A DNA stretch of 64,000 bases from an uncultured Bacillales bacterium (GTDB lineage Bacteria > Bacillota_I > Bacilli_A > RFN20 > CAG-288): assembly GCA_949287425.1 (NCBI GenBank), contig CASEGJ010000010.1, positions 1,343-65,342 on the forward strand. Reading direction: 5' to 3'. Position 1 is the stretch's first letter. Every line of letters starts with the position of its first letter. This document shows, one piece after another, positions 59,339-64,000 of the stretch. The position numbers and the translations under genes were made by a program. The notes below the pieces were generated by a model. The model worked only from the letters and a program-made list of their open reading frames with translations, did not search any database and was not told the DNA's origin.

Positions 59339-60688
59339 ATGGAAGATACAAAAGCGATTAGTTTAGAGGAATTATCGAATTTAAATACTAATTATTTAAG
59401 TGATAAATCTCATACAGCTATTAGACATAGTTTAGCTAAAAACAAATTAAAAGATGTTGTTTATTCTTTAGATGATGCGATAAATCAGCAATTTACTTTT
59501 TCAATAGATCTTCCTAGCTTACCAGTAACTAATCAAAAGCAATCTGGTCGCTGTTGGATTTTTTCCGCCTTGAATTTACTTAGAGAAAAAATTGCTAAGG
59601 AATTAAATATTAAAGGTCAATTTGAAATTTCACAAAACTATATTGCTTTTTACGATAAGCTTGAAAAAATTAATTATACGTTAGAAACTATCATTTCTTT
59701 ATTAAATGAAGGAGCTAATTCGTATTACAGGATGTTTATTTTGCAAAATGGAATTAGCGATGGCGGGCAATGGGATATGTTTGTTAGCTTAGTTAAAAAA
59801 TATGGAATTTGTCCAAAAGCAAGCATGGTTGAAACTTGCCAATCTTCATATACTATTGAGATGAATAGGCTTATCAATTCTTCTATTAGAAAATTCGCTT
59901 ATGAAGTTAATAATTTATATAAATCTGGATCTACTTACAAAGCTATAGAAATATTGAAAAAAGAATATTTAACTAGATTCTATAACTTATTAGTTGATTG
60001 TTTTGGTATTCCACCTAAACATTTTGATTTTGAATATATAGATAAGGATAATAATTATCATATTGAAAAAGAGTTAACCCCTGTTTCCTTTTTTAAAAAA
60101 TATATTGGCGATTCAATTTTAGATTACGTTTCTGCTATTAACGCTCCAACTGATGATAAAAAATATAATACTTCATATACTGTTAAATATTTAGGTAACG
60201 TTATTGAAGGAAGAAAAGTTACACATTTGAATTTAGAGATGTCTAGAATGAAGCAGCTTATTATCAATCAACTAAAAGATGGAAATATGGTTTGGTTTGG
60301 TAGTGACGTTTCTAGATATAATATTAGAGAAAACGAACTTGGGCTTTGGGATGATAAGCATTTTGACTATCAATCTTGTTTTGAATTAGATGTATCTTTT
60401 GATAAAAAAGCTATGTTAGATTACTTTGATTCAGCTATGAATCACGCAATGGTTATAACTGGTGTCGATATTAAAAATGGCAAACCAATTAGATGGAAGA
60501 TACAAAATTCTTGGGGAAATGATACTGCTAACAAAGGTTATTTTGTTATGTCAGATACTTTCTTTGATAAATTTGTATATCAAGCAGCTATCTTGAAAAA
60601 ATATTTATCTAAAAATGAGCTTGAAGCATATAATAAAACGCCAATTGAGCTTGAACCTTGGGATCCATTTGGCACATTGGCTGATTAA
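59339..60688 (+). CDS. pepC: aminopeptidase C (peptidase C1B)
   Basis: QKQSGRCW, DGGQW, NHAM, NSWG, PWDPFG. Confidence 0.96.
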   Translation: MEDTKAISLEELSNLNTNYLSDKSHTAIRHSLAKNKLKDVVYSLDDAINQQFTFSIDLPSLPVTNQKQSGRCWIFSALNLLREKIAKELNIKGQFEISQNYIAFYDKLEKINYTLETIISLLNEGANSYYRMFILQNGISDGGQWDMFVSLVKKYGICPKASMVETCQSSYTIEMNRLINSSIRKFAYEVNNLYKSGSTYKAIEILKKEYLTRFYNLLVDCFGIPPKHFDFEYIDKDNNYHIEKELTPVSFFKKYIGDSILDYVSAINAPTDDKKYNTSYTVKYLGNVIEGRKVTHLNLEMSRMKQLIINQLKDGNMVWFGSDVSRYNIRENELGLWDDKHFDYQSCFELDVSFDKKAMLDYFDSAMNHAMVITGVDIKNGKPIRWKIQNSWGNDTANKGYFVMSDTFFDKFVYQAAILKKYLSKNELEAYNKTPIELEPWDPFGTLAD

Positions 60689-60692
60689 TTTC

Positions 60693-60721
60693 TTGAATAA
60701 TAATTTACATGCTGATATTAT
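60693..60721 (+). promoter_or_regulatory. sigma-A promoter of valS leader
   Basis: TTGAAT-N17-TATTAT with TG extension. Confidence 0.7.
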
Positions 60722-60726
60722 TTTAA

Positions 60727-60920
60727 TGTCTAGAGTTGTTTACCGATATTTAAATTAAATAGAGAGTCTTCGTTAGGTGAAAGTAAGACAATTTAAATGG
60801 AAACTTGTCGCTAGAATATTCTATATTTAAAAATTAAGCTAAAGTGTGGAGAGAAATCTCTGAACTGAGGTGGTACCGCGTTAATTATGACGTCCTCAGA
60901 TAACTGAAGACGTTTTTTAT
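60727..60920 (+). ncRNA. T-box riboswitch (Val, specifier GUC)
   Basis: TCTAG/CTAGA stem-I base, AGAGAG, GGTGAAAG, GTC at 60807-60809, T-box GAGGTGGTACCGCG, terminator ACGTCCTCAG/CTGAAGACGT + T-tract. Confidence 0.93.
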
Positions 60921-60936
60921 TTTGGAGGTTGAAAAT

Positions 60937-63519
60937 ATGTTAATGGAAAAAAATTACAATCACAAGCAAGTAGAAGAGGGAAAATTTGAAAAATGGAAAA
61001 AAGATGGATATTTTGATTCATCTAATGATTTATCTAATAAAAAAGAGAAATTTTCAATGATTGTTCCACCTCCTAATATTACTGGTGTATTGCATATTGG
61101 CCATGCATTAGATACTTCCATATATGATATCTTTGCTAGATATAAAAAACTTCACGGCTATGACGTATTCTTTTGTCCAGGCACTGATCATGCTGGAATT
61201 GCTACTCAAGCTAAAGTTGAAGCTAATCTTGCTAAACAAGGATTAACTAGATACGATTTAGGTAGAGAAAACTTTGTAAAAGAAGTTTATAAATGGAAAG
61301 AAACTACTTCTTCAACAATTCATAAACAATGGGCTAGTTTAGGAATTGGTATGGATTATAAAAAAGAGCGCTTTACTATGGATGAAAAAACAAGTAAGGC
61401 AGTTATGGTGGTTTTTAAACAGCTTTATGATGAAGGATTAATCTATCAAGGTGAAAGGATAATTAACTGGGATGTCGAACTTCAAACAGCTTTATCTAAT
61501 ATTGAAGTTGAACATAAAGATATACCGGGAAAATTCTATTATTTTAAATATAGATTAGCTGATGATTTAGATAAGTATTTTGTAATTGCAACCACTCGTC
61601 CTGAAACTATGTTTGGCGATGTTTGCGTCGTATTTAATCCTAAAGATGAAAGATATAAAAAATATGAAGGTAAATATGTAATAAATCCAGCTAATGGTGA
61701 AAAATTAATCATGATTTCTGATTATTATGTCGATAAAGATTTTGGAACAGGCTTAATGAAATGTACTCCTGCTCATGATCCTAACGATTTTAATATTGCT
61801 AAAAGGCATAATTTAGCTATGCCAGTTTGTATGAATAAAGATGGAACTATGAATGAACTTGCTAAAGAATTTAACAAGTTAGATAGATTTGAATGCCGCG
61901 ATAGATTAGTAGAAAAAATTAAAGCTAACGGCGATTTAGAAAAAATTGAAGATATCGTTCATTCTGTCGGTCATTCTGAAAGAAGTCACAGCATAGTTGA
62001 GCCTAGATTATCTAAACAGTGGTTTATTAAAATGAGACCATTAGCTGATAAAGTTTTAGAATTACAAAAAAACAAAGAAACAAAGATCAATTTCTTTCCA
62101 AAGCGTTTTGAAAGATTATTTGAACAATGGTTAGTCAATACAGAAGATTGGTGTATTTCTCGTCAATTGTGGTGGGGACATAGAATACCTATCTATACCA
62201 ATAAAAAGACTGGTGAAATTGTTTGTTCTATTGAAAAATTAGATGAGAATGAATACGTTCAAGATGAAGATGTTTTAGATACTTGGTTTTCGTCTGGATT
62301 ATCTCCATTTGCTTTAAATGATTGGCCAGATGTTGAATCTAGTTTATATAAGAGATATTATCCGTTAGATTTGATGATTACCGGTTATGACATTTTATTT
62401 TTCTGGGTTGCTAGAATGGCTTTTATGGGAGCTCATTTTACCTCTAAATTGCCATTTAAGAACTGCTTTTTGCACGGACTAGTTCGCGATGAACAAGGTA
62501 GAAAGATGTCTAAATCATTAGGTAATGGTATCGACCCGATTAAAGTTATAGATGAATATGGCGCTGATTCACTTAGATATGCTTTAGCAACTAGTGTAAC
62601 TCCTGGTCTTGATATGTCATTTGGTTATGATAAGATCAAACAGGCTCATATTTTCTTAAATAAAATTTGGAATGCAGCTAGATTTGCTATTATGAATTTT
62701 GACGATTCATTTTTCGAAGAAGATATTTCTAGCTTAAAATTAAATTTTTTGGATAGTTATGTGTTAGAGCATTTAAATCGCACCATTAAAAATGTCGAAA
62801 GAAATTTTGATAAATATGAAATTGGGCAGGCGGCAAATTATTTGTATTTATTTATCTACGATGTTTTCTGCTCCAATTATATTGAACAAATTAAAGTTGA
62901 TCTTTCTAACTTGGAAAGAAAAAATACCGCTTTAAACGTCTTATTATATGTTATTAAGTCTATACTTATTATGTTGTTCCCATATGCGCCATTTATTTCT
63001 GAAGAAATATACTCATATTTACCAAATCACAAAAACTCCATCTATGAAGAAGCTTATCCGCATCTTATAAAAATCAAGGCTTCCAGTTTGGGAGATCATT
63101 TAGTAGATATGATTAAAGAAATACGACGTTTTAAAGCTGATAATAAACTTTCTCCTACTTTTAAAGTCGATGTTGATTTGTATGCGAGTAAATCAAATTT
63201 TGACAAGTTAGTTCCATATTTGACAAAAGTTGGATTTACCAATCAAATTAAACTTGTCAATAAAGATGAGATTGATTCTAATTTCCGCTATTTTACTAAA
63301 AATATCGCGATGAAAGTATATTCACTGCAAGCTAGTAAAGCTTTAGAGGAAAGAATTAATAAACGAATTCAGGAATTAAAATTTGAGATTGATAGAATTG
63401 ATAAAATGTTCGCTAATCAAAACTTTGTTTCCAAAGCTCCTAAGGCTAAGATAGATTTAGAAAAGCAAAAGCGCGAAAAGTATCAAGAAGAGCTGGATTC
63501 TTATTTATCAAAATTATAA
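60937..63519 (+). CDS. valS: valine--tRNA ligase
   Basis: PPPNITG.LHIGH, TTRPET, DWCISRQLWWG, KMSKS, C-terminal coiled coil; start after SD GGAGG. Confidence 0.99.
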   Translation: MLMEKNYNHKQVEEGKFEKWKKDGYFDSSNDLSNKKEKFSMIVPPPNITGVLHIGHALDTSIYDIFARYKKLHGYDVFFCPGTDHAGIATQAKVEANLAKQGLTRYDLGRENFVKEVYKWKETTSSTIHKQWASLGIGMDYKKERFTMDEKTSKAVMVVFKQLYDEGLIYQGERIINWDVELQTALSNIEVEHKDIPGKFYYFKYRLADDLDKYFVIATTRPETMFGDVCVVFNPKDERYKKYEGKYVINPANGEKLIMISDYYVDKDFGTGLMKCTPAHDPNDFNIAKRHNLAMPVCMNKDGTMNELAKEFNKLDRFECRDRLVEKIKANGDLEKIEDIVHSVGHSERSHSIVEPRLSKQWFIKMRPLADKVLELQKNKETKINFFPKRFERLFEQWLVNTEDWCISRQLWWGHRIPIYTNKKTGEIVCSIEKLDENEYVQDEDVLDTWFSSGLSPFALNDWPDVESSLYKRYYPLDLMITGYDILFFWVARMAFMGAHFTSKLPFKNCFLHGLVRDEQGRKMSKSLGNGIDPIKVIDEYGADSLRYALATSVTPGLDMSFGYDKIKQAHIFLNKIWNAARFAIMNFDDSFFEEDISSLKLNFLDSYVLEHLNRTIKNVERNFDKYEIGQAANYLYLFIYDVFCSNYIEQIKVDLSNLERKNTALNVLLYVIKSILIMLFPYAPFISEEIYSYLPNHKNSIYEEAYPHLIKIKASSLGDHLVDMIKEIRRFKADNKLSPTFKVDVDLYASKSNFDKLVPYLTKVGFTNQIKLVNKDEIDSNFRYFTKNIAMKVYSLQASKALEERINKRIQELKFEIDRIDKMFANQNFVSKAPKAKIDLEKQKREKYQEELDSYLSKL

Positions 63520-63526
63520 AAAAATT

Positions 63527-63562
63527 AACTCCTTTAGCTATATCATAGTGAAAGGAGTTTTT
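63527..63562 (+). terminator. valS terminator hairpin containing the SD of the next gene
   Basis: AACTCCTTT (63527-35)/AAAGGAGTT (63551-59) stem followed by T-tract. Confidence 0.75.
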
Positions 63563-63566
63563 ATAT

Positions 63567-63746
63567 ATGAAAAAATTGAACGATTTTGAATTGGAAATGG
63601 TTGAAGGTGGGGAAGCAATCACTTTATCAGCGGTGATGGCTGTTTTGGCAATTTCAATTGTTGCGATGGTTTGCTATAGATTTTTCTTATCTAACAAAGG
63701 TGAAGTTGAATTGCCAGGTGGTTTTACATTTAAATGGGGTAAATAA
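63567..63746 (+). CDS. 59-aa double-glycine-leader peptide (bacteriocin/pheromone precursor-like; not in ORF track)
   Basis: Manual translation MKKLNDFELEMVEGG|EAITLSAVMAVLAISIVAMVCYRFFLSNKGEVELPGGFTFKWGK*; SD AAAGGAG; TAATG overlap with radC. Confidence 0.85.
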   Translation: MKKLNDFELEMVEGGEAITLSAVMAVLAISIVAMVCYRFFLSNKGEVELPGGFTFKWGK

Positions 63747-64000
63747 TGATATTGAAAGAATATCCTCTTGAGCTTCAGCCTCGTGAAAAGGCAATTAGAT
63801 ATGGAATTAAATCACTTTCTGAAACTGAATTGTTAGCGTTGATATTACAATCAGGCTGTCATCAATTAGACGCTTTAGAAGTTTCAAAAAATCTATTAAT
63901 TAATCATGGTGGACTTAAAAATTTATCTAAATCAAATTTGTTTGAGCTATATTCACCAGGGATTAAAAAAGCAAAGGGATTAAAGTTAATGGCAGTATTT
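63746..64000 (+). CDS. radC: RadC family protein, 5' part (runs off window)
   Basis: Manual translation MILKEYPLELQPREKAIRYGIKSLSETELLALILQSG..GGLKNL..PGIKKAK. Confidence 0.9.
   Translation, partial: MILKEYPLELQPREKAIRYGIKSLSETELLALILQSGCHQLDALEVSKNLLINHGGLKNLSKSNLFELYSPGIKKAKGLKLMAVF

Noticed and set aside
63567-63746. GG peptide as a type IV/Flp prepilin
   Set aside because: It lacks Glu at +5 and the basic prepilin leader, and fits the ELxxVxGG double-glycine consensus better. Not fully excluded.
1-64000. CRISPR array, IS elements, prophage, rRNA
   Set aside because: No regularly spaced direct repeats, cas/transposase/phage genes or rRNA-like segments seen by eye; intergenic gaps are short and explained.

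Overview
Low-GC, gene-dense core-chromosome segment of a reduced Bacilli genome. Mollicute-like traits (no rpmD, CIRCE-controlled lon, no clpX between tig and lon, no cdaR/glmM after dacA) suggest an RFN20/RF39-type lineage; this is inference. The genetic code is standard code 11. Bases 1-15.2 kb hold the S10-spc-alpha ribosomal superoperon, with a ~120-aa K/E-rich extension on uL23. The rest is mostly housekeeping: sdaA, mscL, dacA-Nudix-deoD, spx, T-box/ileS-lspA-rluD, rnhC, mutS2-uvrC, trxA, a 1.7-kaa CvpA-like membrane protein, yigZ-mrp, a HEPN-CBS fusion, superoxide reductase, nrnA, ABC-F, ackA, glgB-glgP, tig, lon-engB-pepC and T-box/valS. There are four solitary minus-strand tRNAs (Thr-CGU, Gly-CCC, Gly-UCC, Arg-UCU). 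No CRISPR array, IS or prophage was seen. The best novelty candidates are: (1) a 59-aa double-glycine-leader peptide missed by the ORF track, translationally coupled to radC, with its SD inside the valS terminator hairpin; (2) a HEPN(RxxxxH)-CBS putative nucleotide-gated RNase near a DHH phosphodiesterase; (3) the giant CvpA-like helical-repeat protein; (4) the extended uL23.
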